Shown in pieces: positions 8,391 to 17,600 of a stretch of DNA of 64,000 nt. The stretch spans positions 192,001 to 256,000 of the forward strand of contig CAWFOU010000007.1 in the NCBI GenBank assembly GCA_963817525.1, written 5' to 3'. This stretch comes from an uncultured archaeon (lineage in GTDB: Archaea > Thermoproteota > Nitrososphaeria > Nitrososphaerales > Gagatemarchaeaceae). The translations under genes were made by a program, and so were the position numbers. The notes beneath the pieces are model-generated. The model worked only from the letters and a program-made list of their open reading frames with translations, was not told where the DNA came from and ran no database searches. Positions within the stretch are counted from its first letter, which is position 1. Each line of letters starts with the position of its first letter.

Positions 8391-11300
8391 TCACACCCAC
8401 TTGGAAAGTGCCGAAGCAAGCAACCCGAGTCCAACCGCTAGAATTGGACCGCCGACCAATACATCGTCAGCTTCAATGGCGGGAACGAGGACGATTCCAA
8501 CGCCGGTGGAAGACACCGCGATTGACGTTACGACCCCACCAAAGAGGATGCCTGCTCCCGCCAGAGTGAGACCCAATCCGATGAGGAATTGATCGCCGGG
8601 GCTATAACTGTTCCACTCAGAAGTCAACGGGCAGAGGTTCCCGCAATCCAGACCCGTACCGACAACAGAGTTCGAAGATGAAGCGGTCGACGTGACACTC
8701 GTCGTCGTTGAACTCGTCGAAGGGGACGACTGTGTCGAGGTATTGGGCACGAAACCCGACCCCGGAGTCCCATTCGGGGCGTCGTTTACGCAGTGCGAGC
8801 ACTCGGGCGTGGAAGAGGATGTGGAAGAGGATGTACCAGAAATAGGCGGGGTGCTCACGACGGGTGGCGGCGTGGGCGGTGGCGACGCAACGCAGGTGTA
8901 GGCGAAGCACCCGCTGGGCTGCGGTGTGGGCGCGGCGGCAGGAGCAGGTGCAGGGGTAGGCTGGGGATCATACGGCGGCAGGGTTTCCACTACAGAAGTC
9001 TCCACTACAGAAGTTGTAGGCGCAGGGGTGGAGGTGGGGGCGGGGGCGGGGGCGATGGCGTTCGTGGTCGTGGTGGCAGCACAGTCGTAGACTACGGCGC
9101 AGCTCCCCGTCGGGTCGGTGTTGCTCTCCGGGTTGTCGAGGGCGTACGTGTACCGGTCGAGGCTCTGCGGGTCCTCCGCGACGCCTGGGAAGGTGTCCTG
9201 GGTGATGAACCTCTGGATCGAGGGGTCGTAGAACCTGGCGCCGAAGTAGTAGAGGCCTGTCGAGCCGTCTATGGGCTTGCCGCTGAACTGGAAGTAGGCT
9301 TGCCCGTCCTTCTGCCAGTTGGCGCCATAGGGCTTGTAGTCGGTGCTGAAGAGGGTGTTTGACGTGCCCTCCATCACCTGCCTGACGCTCCCGCTGGCGT
9401 CGTCGAGGTAGAAGTAGGAGTAGCCGCACTCGCACTCCTCCTCGAGCAGCATGCCGTTGGCGTAGTAGTACTTGTCGACCGCGCCTGACCCGGTGTTCTT
9501 CTCGTAGATCAGGTTGTTCCCCTCGTAGATGTACACCGTGGTCTGCGTGCCCTGCACGCTCTTTATCCTCTCACCGTCGCTGTCGTACGTGTTCGTCTGG
9601 ACAGTCGAGCCGCCCTTCGACACGCTGGTGAGTTCGTTGTCATAGTTGTACGAGTAGTGCCAGGTCGTCGACCCGTTGACGAGCTCCAGCAGGTTCCCGT
9701 TGTCGTCGTAGGTGAGGCTGGCGCTTCCGACCGAAGTGAGCTTGTTGTTGGCGGCATACCCGTAGGTCGTCTTCACGCTGTTCTGTGTCACGCTCACGAT
9801 GTTTCCGGCCGCATCGTAGTTGTAGTCGATGGTCCCCCAGGAACCTGTCGCGGTGGAGAGGCGGTTCAACCAGTCGTAGGTGTAGCTGTCGCTGTTGATG
9901 CTGAGGACGTTGCCGACGTTGTCATAGGTGTAGGCGAGGTCCATCTCGGTCGTGATTCCCGACATTGCGACGATGCTCGTGGGCAGGTCTGTGCTGTTGT
10001 ACGTGTAGGTCGTTTGAGCGCCGTTCTGGTAGGTTATCGTGTTGATCTTGTCGTCGAGCGTGTACGTGAAGTTCACCGCGTGGTCGTTCATGCTCGTGAC
10101 CCTGTTGAGAGCGTCGTAGGTGAAGGCATCGGTGGTGCCGTCGGGGTACTTTATCGAGAGGATGTTGCTGGCCTTGTCATATGTATAGAGCACCTGGTAT
10201 TTGGCTCCGGCTATCGTGTCCGTCTCGTTGGTCAGGCGGTTCATCGCATCGTATGTGTAGTTGTCGATCGACCCAGAATTGCTCTCGGTGATGATGTTCC
10301 CCGCTTTGTCGTAGGTGTACGAGATGCTGGAGGACCCTGGATAGGTGACCTTTGTGAGCCTGTCCAGTGGGTTGTACGAGTAGCTCGTCGTGTTGTCGTT
10401 GCCGTCAGTCAGGCTTTGCAGGAGGCTGTCTGCGTCATAGGTCTTGGTCTCGTACGTCGCGTCCGGATAGGTGGTCTTTATCAGGCGGTTTAGGTCGTCG
10501 TACTTGTAGCTCGTGACGCCTCCGTCAGGATTTGTGCTGTTCACGAGGTTCCCCGCAGCGTTGTATACGTATGTGGTCGTGTTGTATGCCCCCGTCTTGT
10601 AGTACTCCCTCACGCTGGTCAGGAGGCCGTCCCAGTTGTAGACGTCCTGCGTCTCGTGGCCGTCGGGGTCCGTCACCGTCTTGATATTGTTCACGTCGTT
10701 GTAGGAGATCGTCTCGGTTCCAGAAGGACTGATCTCCTTGATGAGCCGGCCATCCTGATCGTAAGTGTAGTAGGTGGTGTGCCCTGTGGGGGTGGTCTCG
10801 TGCGCGACCTCGTTGTCCCAATTGTAGGTGTAGCTGGTGGTGGAGTACAGCGTATCGCCGTTGAATGTTTGGACAGATGTCAGCCGCCCTAGGCCGTCAT
10901 AGGTCTGGTTCACTATGTTCCCGTCGGGGTCGGTCATCTTGACGACGTTGTGGGTGTTGTCGTAGGCGTAGGTCTCGACCGACGTCGACGCCCCCACGGT
11001 CGGGTACGTGATCGTCAATACCCGATTCAGAGCGTCGTACGTGTACGAGGTGGTGTGCCCGTCCGGGTCGGTCTGGGAGAGCAAGTCCCCGGTCGAAAGC
11101 TGGTAGGTGCTGGAGCTGGTGGTGTTCACGCCGCCCACGTCGATGCTCGTCATCGTCGGGTATGCGTAGGAGTACGTGGCGGAGTAGTCGACGTCCGTCG
11201 TGTTTCCGAGGGGGTCGGTCGCCGAGATCTGGTTGCCGTAATGGTCGTATGCGTAGTTCGAATAGAGCCACGAGGCGCCGTCTAGCTGCTTGGTCTGGAG

Positions 11301-12920
11301 CACGTCCCCCGCCGCGTCATACTTGTAGTAGGTCTCCATGGGGACGGTCCCGTTTGCGTTTTGGAACGAGGCTTCCCCCACCAGCGCGTCGTGGATGTTC
11401 GAAGAGACCACCAGCGGAGTATAGAAGCTGTTGGAGAAGCCAGAGACGCCGAACGTGTCCTGGGAGTCCGTGTTAGCATAGGAGTAGTACGTCTTGTCGC
11501 CGACGTTGTCCTCGCTGTAGATCAAGTTCCCCCAGTTGTCGTATGAGAACTGCGAGCTTGCGAGCAGAGAGAGCGTGGGCGACAGCAGCTTTGTCTCGTT
11601 GATCTGACCGGCGGTGTTGTAGTCGTTCTCGGTGATCCGCACGATGCCGTTCGTAGAGTTAAGGTCGTAGATCCTCTCCAGGTTGTTCGAGTTCTGGAAG
11701 TTGAAGTCTAGGAAGCCCTGCGTAGCCGTGCCGTTCGACATCGTGGAATTCGACCACGTCACGAGCCCGTTCGTGATCGCGTAGGAGGTGCTCAAACTCT
11801 CGGTGAGTGAGGGGAGCGCCGTCGACGAGTAGATGTTCCTTGCGCTCACGGCGTAGAACGTCACCTCGGTTCCGACGGCCTGGCCCGCGTAGGAGTAGGT
11901 GTCTCCGCCCAGGGTGGGATAGATTATTCCCGTAAGGAGCCACCGATTGACTCCGTCGTTGTACTCGTAGCGGGTCACCCTGCTGAGGGGGTCCGTGAGG
12001 CTGACGAGGTTGGTTCCTACGTAACCGAAACTCCATGTGCTTCCGCCCGAGCTGATCGAGCTCAGCTGGCCGTTACCATTGTACGAGAAGGTAACAGTCC
12101 TGCCGATCGTGTCTGTGATCTGGGAGATCTGGCCGGACGAGTACTCGAACGAGATGGTGTTGTTGCCGGTGCTGTCGGTTATCGAGAGCAGTTCCTTGTC
12201 AGAGGCGTAGTGAAAGTCTATCCCGGAGGGAAGATAGAGGTCGTAGGTGCCGCTGCCGCTGTTCTGCACGAGCTCGAAGTCGGTCGCGTTGTTGACTGTC
12301 ATGGTGTCGCCCACCCAATTGTAGGGGTACGCCCCCCCGTCCGCGAGATGGACGTAGTTCGTGCCCAGCCACGGGAAGTTCAGAGCCCAGCCGTTCCCGA
12401 GGTCGGCGAGGGTGAAGTTGTCGTACTCGAAAGGCGAGTCGGAGCGGAAGCCGTAAGGCTGGGTGTAGACCAATCCGATGTCCAAGTTCAGCCCTCCTCT
12501 CCCCGTGAGCGCCAGAGTTCCCTGCTCGATCGAGAGGAGGCCGTTCCCCGGAGACACGACCTCCGAGAGCTGGTTGAAGTATGACTCGTACGGTGAGATC
12601 CCTGCTTGGCTCCAGGAGTTCGGCGAAGCGGGCGCTATCGGGACCACGGGCGGGAACGAAGCGAACACGACGTCGTACGGCGACGAGCTCCCCGTGGTCC
12701 ACGCGACGGAGACGATGGAGTCGCTTATGGGACCGGCCGTGGCCGTGAACGGCTGCAGGTTCGCCTGGTCGCTCGTCAGCGTCTGCTTGGGTCCCCAAGT
12801 CACCCCCAGGTTGGTGCTCACAAAATAGTAGACGGTGGACTCGGACTGGTCGGCCTCGAAGGCCACGAGGGTGTCCTGTCCGTCGGTGGAGATCGTCTTC
12901 GACGAAGACAACTCGAACAT
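8391..12920 (-). CDS. RHS/YD-repeat protein with RHS-associated core and hydrophobic C-terminal tip (polymorphic toxin)
   Basis: Many YxYD/G.L repeats; core motif GLYYFGARFYDPSIQRFITQD...RYTYALDNPESNTDPTG; then a Pro/Ser/Thr linker and a Gly-rich hydrophobic tip. Confidence 0.93.
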   Translation of the reverse strand: MFELSSSKTISTDGQDTLVAFEADQSESTVYYFVSTNLGVTWGPKQTLTSDQANLQPFTATAGPISDSIVSVAWTTGSSSPYDVVFASFPPVVPIAPASPNSWSQAGISPYESYFNQLSEVVSPGNGLLSIEQGTLALTGRGGLNLDIGLVYTQPYGFRSDSPFEYDNFTLADLGNGWALNFPWLGTNYVHLADGGAYPYNWVGDTMTVNNATDFELVQNSGSGTYDLYLPSGIDFHYASDKELLSITDSTGNNTISFEYSSGQISQITDTIGRTVTFSYNGNGQLSSISSGGSTWSFGYVGTNLVSLTDPLSRVTRYEYNDGVNRWLLTGIIYPTLGGDTYSYAGQAVGTEVTFYAVSARNIYSSTALPSLTESLSTSYAITNGLVTWSNSTMSNGTATQGFLDFNFQNSNNLERIYDLNSTNGIVRITENDYNTAGQINETKLLSPTLSLLASSQFSYDNWGNLIYSEDNVGDKTYYSYANTDSQDTFGVSGFSNSFYTPLVVSSNIHDALVGEASFQNANGTVPMETYYKYDAAGDVLQTKQLDGASWLYSNYAYDHYGNQISATDPLGNTTDVDYSATYSYAYPTMTSIDVGGVNTTSSSTYQLSTGDLLSQTDPDGHTTSYTYDALNRVLTITYPTVGASTSVETYAYDNTHNVVKMTDPDGNIVNQTYDGLGRLTSVQTFNGDTLYSTTSYTYNWDNEVAHETTPTGHTTYYTYDQDGRLIKEISPSGTETISYNDVNNIKTVTDPDGHETQDVYNWDGLLTSVREYYKTGAYNTTTYVYNAAGNLVNSTNPDGGVTSYKYDDLNRLIKTTYPDATYETKTYDADSLLQSLTDGNDNTTSYSYNPLDRLTKVTYPGSSSISYTYDKAGNIITESNSGSIDNYTYDAMNRLTNETDTIAGAKYQVLYTYDKASNILSIKYPDGTTDAFTYDALNRVTSMNDHAVNFTYTLDDKINTITYQNGAQTTYTYNSTDLPTSIVAMSGITTEMDLAYTYDNVGNVLSINSDSYTYDWLNRLSTATGSWGTIDYNYDAAGNIVSVTQNSVKTTYGYAANNKLTSVGSASLTYDDNGNLLELVNGSTTWHYSYNYDNELTSVSKGGSTVQTNTYDSDGERIKSVQGTQTTVYIYEGNNLIYEKNTGSGAVDKYYYANGMLLEEECECGYSYFYLDDASGSVRQVMEGTSNTLFSTDYKPYGANWQKDGQAYFQFSGKPIDGSTGLYYFGARFYDPSIQRFITQDTFPGVAEDPQSLDRYTYALDNPESNTDPTGSCAVVYDCAATTTTNAIAPAPAPTSTPAPTTSVVETSVVETLPPYDPQPTPAPAPAAAPTPQPSGCFAYTCVASPPPTPPPVVSTPPISGTSSSTSSSTPECSHCVNDAPNGTPGSGFVPNTSTQSSPSTSSTTTSVTSTASSSNSVVGTGLDCGNLCPLTSEWNSYSPGDQFLIGLGLTLAGAGILFGGVVTSIAVSSTGVGIVLVPAIEADDVLVGGPILAVGLGLLASALSKWV

Positions 12921-12964
12921 GAAGGACGAGCGCCTCGTGAAGACGCTGCACCCAAGGCCCTAAG

Positions 12965-13876
12965 CTAGCCCAGGAGACGAGACCCCTTCCGCGCGGTCTC
13001 CTTGTCAGCCCTCTCTAGGGAGCGGTAGTCCGTGAGCTCGTAGAACTCATCCCTGGTCATCATCTTCTCGAGGAGGGCCTTCTGCGTCCCCGACCTGGAG
13101 AGCTGCCGGAGGGCGTCACGCATCGCCTTCATCGCTACCCGGAAGGTCGTCACGGGGAAGATGACGAGCTTGTAGCCCTCGCCCAGCCCCGCAAAGTCAG
13201 ACAGCGAGAGGTAGGGAGTCTTGCCGAACTCCGTCATGTTGGCGAGCAGCGGCCCCCTCACCTTCTTCGCGAACTCGGCGAACTCCTCCCTGGACTTTAG
13301 GGCCTCTGGGAATATCACGTCCGCCCCCGCTCTCTGGTAGAGCCTCGCCCTCTCCACCGCCCCGTCGAGCCCCTCGGTCTCCGCGGCGTCGGTCCTCGCT
13401 ATCACGACCAGCTCGGTCTTGGCGGCTGCCTTGGCCGCGATGACCTTCTTCGCCATCTCGGCTGGCTCGACCACCCCCTTCCCGTCGAGGTGCCCGCACC
13501 TCTTGGGCATGACCTGGTCCTCGATCTGTATCGCGGCCGCCCCGGCCCGCTCCATCTCCCGGACGGTCCGGGCGACGTTGACCGCTTCCCCAAACCCCGT
13601 GTCCACGTCGACGATGAGCGGCAGCGAGGGCACGACGGCAGTTATGCGCGCGGCCGCCTCGGCGACCTCGGAGAGGGTGGTTACCCCGAGGTCGGGCAGA
13701 CCCATGGAGTTCGAGAGGGCGGCCCCGGAGAGGTAGAGGCACTGGAATCCTGCTTCCTCGGCCAGCAGCGCGACGGCCGGGTTGAAAACGCCGGGTGTTG
13801 CAATCGTATTCTTCCCCGAGAGGAGCTTCCTAAGCCTCGCGCCGGGGTCGGCAGCTGGCCTCTTCGCGGGGGGCAT
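12965..13876 (-). CDS. prpB: 2-methylisocitrate lyase
   Basis: YLSGAA, GLPDLG, VDVDTGFG, IEDQVMPKRCGHL, IARTDA, LANMTEFGKTP. Confidence 0.93.
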   Translation of the reverse strand: MPPAKRPAADPGARLRKLLSGKNTIATPGVFNPAVALLAEEAGFQCLYLSGAALSNSMGLPDLGVTTLSEVAEAAARITAVVPSLPLIVDVDTGFGEAVNVARTVREMERAGAAAIQIEDQVMPKRCGHLDGKGVVEPAEMAKKVIAAKAAAKTELVVIARTDAAETEGLDGAVERARLYQRAGADVIFPEALKSREEFAEFAKKVRGPLLANMTEFGKTPYLSLSDFAGLGEGYKLVIFPVTTFRVAMKAMRDALRQLSRSGTQKALLEKMMTRDEFYELTDYRSLERADKETARKGSRLLG

Positions 13877-13938
13877 AACACTGCGCCTCGGGTTGCATTG
13901 ATTTATAGACCCTGGGTCGGGGCGAAAGAAGCACAGCC

Positions 13939-15114
13939 TTGCCTAAGAGCGGAGCTCGGGGTGTCGACATGGCCGGCCTCAGGAGGGAGAAGGTCGCGAA
14001 GCTCGTCGCCTTCATGAAGAAGAAGGGCCTCGACGCGCTGCTGCTCAACAGGATAGAGAACGTCAGGTACTCGACCGACTTCCGCCCGGTGGTCAGCATG
14101 TGGTTCCAGAACAGCTATTCCTCCTTCATCACCGCCGGGGGAGACGTCGTGGTGCTGACGGTGGCGGGGGACTACACCAGGTCCAAGCACTACATGCCCT
14201 GGGTCGGGGACATGAGGGTGATGCACACCTCGGGCAGGGCCGAGGAGATCGCGAAGGTCTTCAGGGACTACAAGAGCCGCAAGGTCGGGTACGACCAGCT
14301 TGGGCTCGAGGGCTTCCACGCCCTGCGCAAGTCCGCGAAGGGGGTAAAGCTCGTGGACGCGGGCGCAGAGATCGCAGAGGAGAGGGCCGTCAAGCTGGAC
14401 GGAGAGATCGAGATCATGCGCGAGGCCTCGAAGGTCACGGAGGCCTCGGTCGATGCGGCGCTCAAGTTCGCCCGCCCCGGAAAGAGGGAGTATGAGATAG
14501 CCGCGGAGGGCGAGTACGCCGCGCGGAAGCTCGGGGCGGAGGGGATGTCGTGGTCGCTCGCGACCTTCGCAGGCCCCAACACCGGCCTGATGACGAGGCA
14601 CGACTCCGACAGGGTCGTGAAGAGCGGTGAGTTCCTCATCCTGGGCTACGCGACGATCTACAAGGCCTACAACACCGACATCACGACGACCTCGATACTC
14701 GGTAACCCCAGCGCGGCGCAGAAGCGACTCTACACGGCCACGTACGACGCCTACTCCGCCGCCCTCAAGGCGACGCGCCCCGGCGCGACCACGCTAGAGC
14801 TCAGGGACGCGGCCGAGGAGGTGGTCGACGAGTACGGGTACTCGCCGTACTCCTTCAGCAGGATCCAGCCCATCCTCCACGGGGTCGGGGTGAACGTCTA
14901 CGAACCTCCATGGGCGCCGGAGCCCGGGAGGGACGGGCCCAGCGCGAAGCTCAAGCCGGGGCACGTCATCGCAATCGAGCCTTGCATCACGCTGGACGAC
15001 AACCTCGAGGTCGGGGGATGCAGGATAGGTGAGACGATACTGGTGACCGAGTACGGCCACGAGGTGCTGACCGACGGGAAGCCCGACGCCCACGAGATCC
15101 TCTACGAGAGCTAG
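13939..15114 (+). CDS. M24 family (Xaa-Pro peptidase/creatinase-like) protein
   Basis: Creatinase N-domain, ERAVK..EI, YNTDIT, HGVGVNVYEPP, IEP, RIGETILVT; some metal ligands appear substituted. Confidence 0.85.
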   Translation: MPKSGARGVDMAGLRREKVAKLVAFMKKKGLDALLLNRIENVRYSTDFRPVVSMWFQNSYSSFITAGGDVVVLTVAGDYTRSKHYMPWVGDMRVMHTSGRAEEIAKVFRDYKSRKVGYDQLGLEGFHALRKSAKGVKLVDAGAEIAEERAVKLDGEIEIMREASKVTEASVDAALKFARPGKREYEIAAEGEYAARKLGAEGMSWSLATFAGPNTGLMTRHDSDRVVKSGEFLILGYATIYKAYNTDITTTSILGNPSAAQKRLYTATYDAYSAALKATRPGATTLELRDAAEEVVDEYGYSPYSFSRIQPILHGVGVNVYEPPWAPEPGRDGPSAKLKPGHVIAIEPCITLDDNLEVGGCRIGETILVTEYGHEVLTDGKPDAHEILYES

Positions 15115-15938
15115 GCCAAGGGCCTGAGGCCGAGGACGTCCGCCATCCCGTAGACCCTTGGCTCCCGCCCCTCCGCGGTGACCCACTCGGCGGCGTGGAG
15201 GGCCCCGAAGGCGAACGACGACCTCGAGAACGCGACGTGCTCCAGCGTTATCATCTCGTTGGGGCCGAAGGCGTGGACCGTGTGGATGCCCGGAGTCCCC
15301 CCTCCCCTCAGCGAGACCACCTCGAGCTCGTCGGGGGCGCGCTTGGAGAGGCCGCTGCGCCCGCTCACCGTCTTGGTGTATCCCCTCGCCCTCGAGACCT
15401 CCTGGGCTAGGCTCAGCGCGGTCCCGCTCGGCGCGTCCGCCTTTCCGGAATGGTGGGCCTCGACTATGCTCACGTCGAACCCCTTCGGGAGCGCCTTGAG
15501 CGCGGCGGACATCGCGATGAGGAAGTTGGCCCCTACTGAGAAGTTCGAGGCGACCACGGCCGGGATCTTCCCAGAGAGCGCTGCGTTCGCCTCCCTCCTC
15601 TCCCTCGGCGTGAGCCCGGTCGTCCCCGAGACGTAGGGGATCCCGCCCTGGACCACCGTCCGGAGGTTGCTGACCTCGGCTTGCGCGCTGGTGAAGGAGA
15701 TGCAGACGTCGCTCTTGCGCAGGAGCGCTGCGAGGCTTGACGGCGGGGAGACCTCCGCGTCGCTGAGCCCGGCGCCGAGCTCCCTGAGGGTCTTCCCGAG
15801 GCCCGGGTCGTCCGGGGCCGCGACCGCCCCGGTCACCTCGAACCTCTCCTTCGGCGCTTCCCTGGCGATGAGGGCCCCCATCCGGCCCGTGGCGCCGATG
15901 ATGCAGACCCGGAGCGGGCTACTCGTACGCGTCTTCAT
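15111..15938 (-). CDS. dapB: 4-hydroxy-tetrahydrodipicolinate reductase
   Basis: GATGRMG, SGTTG, ASNFSVG, EAHHSGKADAPSGTA, FAFGALHAAEW. Confidence 0.93.
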   Translation of the reverse strand: MKTRTSSPLRVCIIGATGRMGALIAREAPKERFEVTGAVAAPDDPGLGKTLRELGAGLSDAEVSPPSSLAALLRKSDVCISFTSAQAEVSNLRTVVQGGIPYVSGTTGLTPRERREANAALSGKIPAVVASNFSVGANFLIAMSAALKALPKGFDVSIVEAHHSGKADAPSGTALSLAQEVSRARGYTKTVSGRSGLSKRAPDELEVVSLRGGGTPGIHTVHAFGPNEMITLEHVAFSRSSFAFGALHAAEWVTAEGREPRVYGMADVLGLRPLA

Positions 15939-16971
15939 AGGCGAGCCCTTCCCAGTTGCGCGCTACGCGGAGCCTCTTGTCGATCGAGACGTCGAAGGCC
16001 TTCTCTATGGGCTCGAGGACCTCGGGATTCTGCGCCCAGACCTTCCGGAGGCCTTCGAGGATGTGGTTCAGTGCCTGGTTTGTGACCTTCCCTAGCGGCC
16101 CCCTGCAGGGCCCGACCTCCATCCCTAGGATGTTCATCACGGTCTTCACCGGAAGCGGGTTCCGCGCCTTCACCGGCACGGGCCCGTAGGCCGAGTTCTC
16201 CTCCGACTTTACGGTGACTATCGCGAAGAGCGGCTGCAGGGCGGCCCCGAGGCGCTCGGCCTCCTCAAGGTTGCCCGCCAGCGCCGCCTCTGTCAGGTCC
16301 TCGATCGCCCTCGGGACGACGTTGGAGATGACAGAGATGGCCCCCGAGCAGACTATGAGGTCGTCGCTCATGAAGGCGACGGTCTTGTCGTCGTCTCCGG
16401 ACATTATCGAGAACTCAGGGCCGCAGAGCTTCCTCGTCAGGCGGGCGTTCTCGACGCTGCCGGTGGCCTCCTTGACCGCCTGGAGGTTGGGGTACTCCCT
16501 CGCGAGGATGGCTAGGTCCTGCGGGAGGAGCTGCGTCCCCGTCCTCGCGGGGATGATATAGGGGATCATCTCCACCTCCGGGAACTTCCGGACTATCGGC
16601 TCGTAGTACTCCTTCCTGATCTCAAGCGAGCTGGGGCCGTTGTAGTAGGGGTCTACGAGGAGGGCCGCGCGTATGCCGTGGTCGTACACGTGCTTTGTCG
16701 CCTCGAGCGACTCTTCCGTGTTGTTGGAGCCCGTACCGGCTATCGTCTCCAGCGAGGAGCCGGCGGCCTCGAAGTAGGACTCGATGACCCTGTAGTGCTC
16801 GGTCCAGCTCAGCGTGGGGCTCTCCCCCGTGGTGCCCGCGGGGACCACACCCCGTACGCCCTGGGCCTTTTGGAACTCCCCCAGGATCTTCAGCTGCTCC
16901 CAGTTCACCTTCTGCTTAGAGTCAAAGGGGGTGACGACGGCCGTGTAGCAACCCCTGAACCTAAACGCCAT
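15919..16971 (-). CDS. dapA: 4-hydroxy-tetrahydrodipicolinate synthase
   Basis: TAVVTPF, GTTGESPTL, AGTGSNNT, PYYN, YIIPART, AVKEATG, SGDD. Confidence 0.92.
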   Translation of the reverse strand: MAFRFRGCYTAVVTPFDSKQKVNWEQLKILGEFQKAQGVRGVVPAGTTGESPTLSWTEHYRVIESYFEAAGSSLETIAGTGSNNTEESLEATKHVYDHGIRAALLVDPYYNGPSSLEIRKEYYEPIVRKFPEVEMIPYIIPARTGTQLLPQDLAILAREYPNLQAVKEATGSVENARLTRKLCGPEFSIMSGDDDKTVAFMSDDLIVCSGAISVISNVVPRAIEDLTEAALAGNLEEAERLGAALQPLFAIVTVKSEENSAYGPVPVKARNPLPVKTVMNILGMEVGPCRGPLGKVTNQALNHILEGLRKVWAQNPEVLEPIEKAFDVSIDKRLRVARNWEGLAYEDAYE

Positions 16972-17332
16972 GCCGTCCGCCTGGTGGCCTGTCAGGTTCT
17001 TAAACCTATTTTTCCGCAACGAAACGCCTCTTTTCGAATATAAGACGCGTCAGAACGCACTTTTCCGCAGCTCGTTTGGTCGTTCGATAGGTGTTCCGCA
17101 CCTCAGACGAGCGCAATAGTAATGGAAACTGGCGAGAAGGCGATCCTGGACTTCCTAGTTAAGAGGGAGGCGCGTTTCGGACGACGCACCATCAGGTTAG
17201 TGGACGCGCTGGCCAAGTCCGTGCTGACGCGAAAACTTTCGCTGCCGATCCGTCCTGTTCCCTCGTGTTTCCCAATACGCTGTGGCACCAGTAAAGTCAA
17301 ACTTAGTTAGTTAGTAGCGCGGCACTACTGAC

Positions 17333-17340
17333 TATAAATA
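17333..17340 (+). promoter_or_regulatory. TATA box for spt4-rps5
   Basis: TATAAATA about 35 bp upstream of the spt4 coding region. Confidence 0.5.
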
Positions 17341-17373
17341 GCGGCAGGCCGCACATAAGTATGAAGTTTTGAG

Positions 17374-17587
17374 ATTGCATCAAAGAAGAGGCTGGTAGCC
17401 ACGAGAGAAAGGGCCTGCAAGAAATGTAGAAGGCTGACCATGAAATCCTCCTGTCCGGACCATGGTCCAAACGACCTCAGTGAGCATTGGACCGGACTGA
17501 TAGTGATTCTCGACCCCGAAAAATTCAAGGGTAGCCCAGACCCTCGGAGTCAAGAACGCTGGCAGATATGCGCTGAGAGTGGGGTAG
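17374..17587 (+). CDS. spt4: transcription elongation factor Spt4 (RpoE2), apparent +1 frameshift in the A5 run at 17519-17523; start codon uncertain
   Basis: ERACKKCRRLT...CPDHGPNDLSEHWTGLIVILDPE, then after removing one A: NSRVAQTLGVKNAGRYALRVG-stop; absent from the ORF track. Confidence 0.85.
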
Positions 17588-17600
17588 TGAGCGGTCTGAA

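Noticed and set aside
7161-9170. Diversity-generating retroelement (template/variable repeat pair) explaining the RHS repeats
   Set aside because: The mismatches between copies (G/C, CG/TC, C/A, C/A, AC/GT on the coding strand) are not adenine-specific, and no reverse transcriptase is present in the window.
17122-17310. 62-aa ORF and TTAG x3 micro-repeat upstream of spt4
   Set aside because: No recognisable motif or clear promoter; the repeat is too short to be meaningful. Left unannotated.
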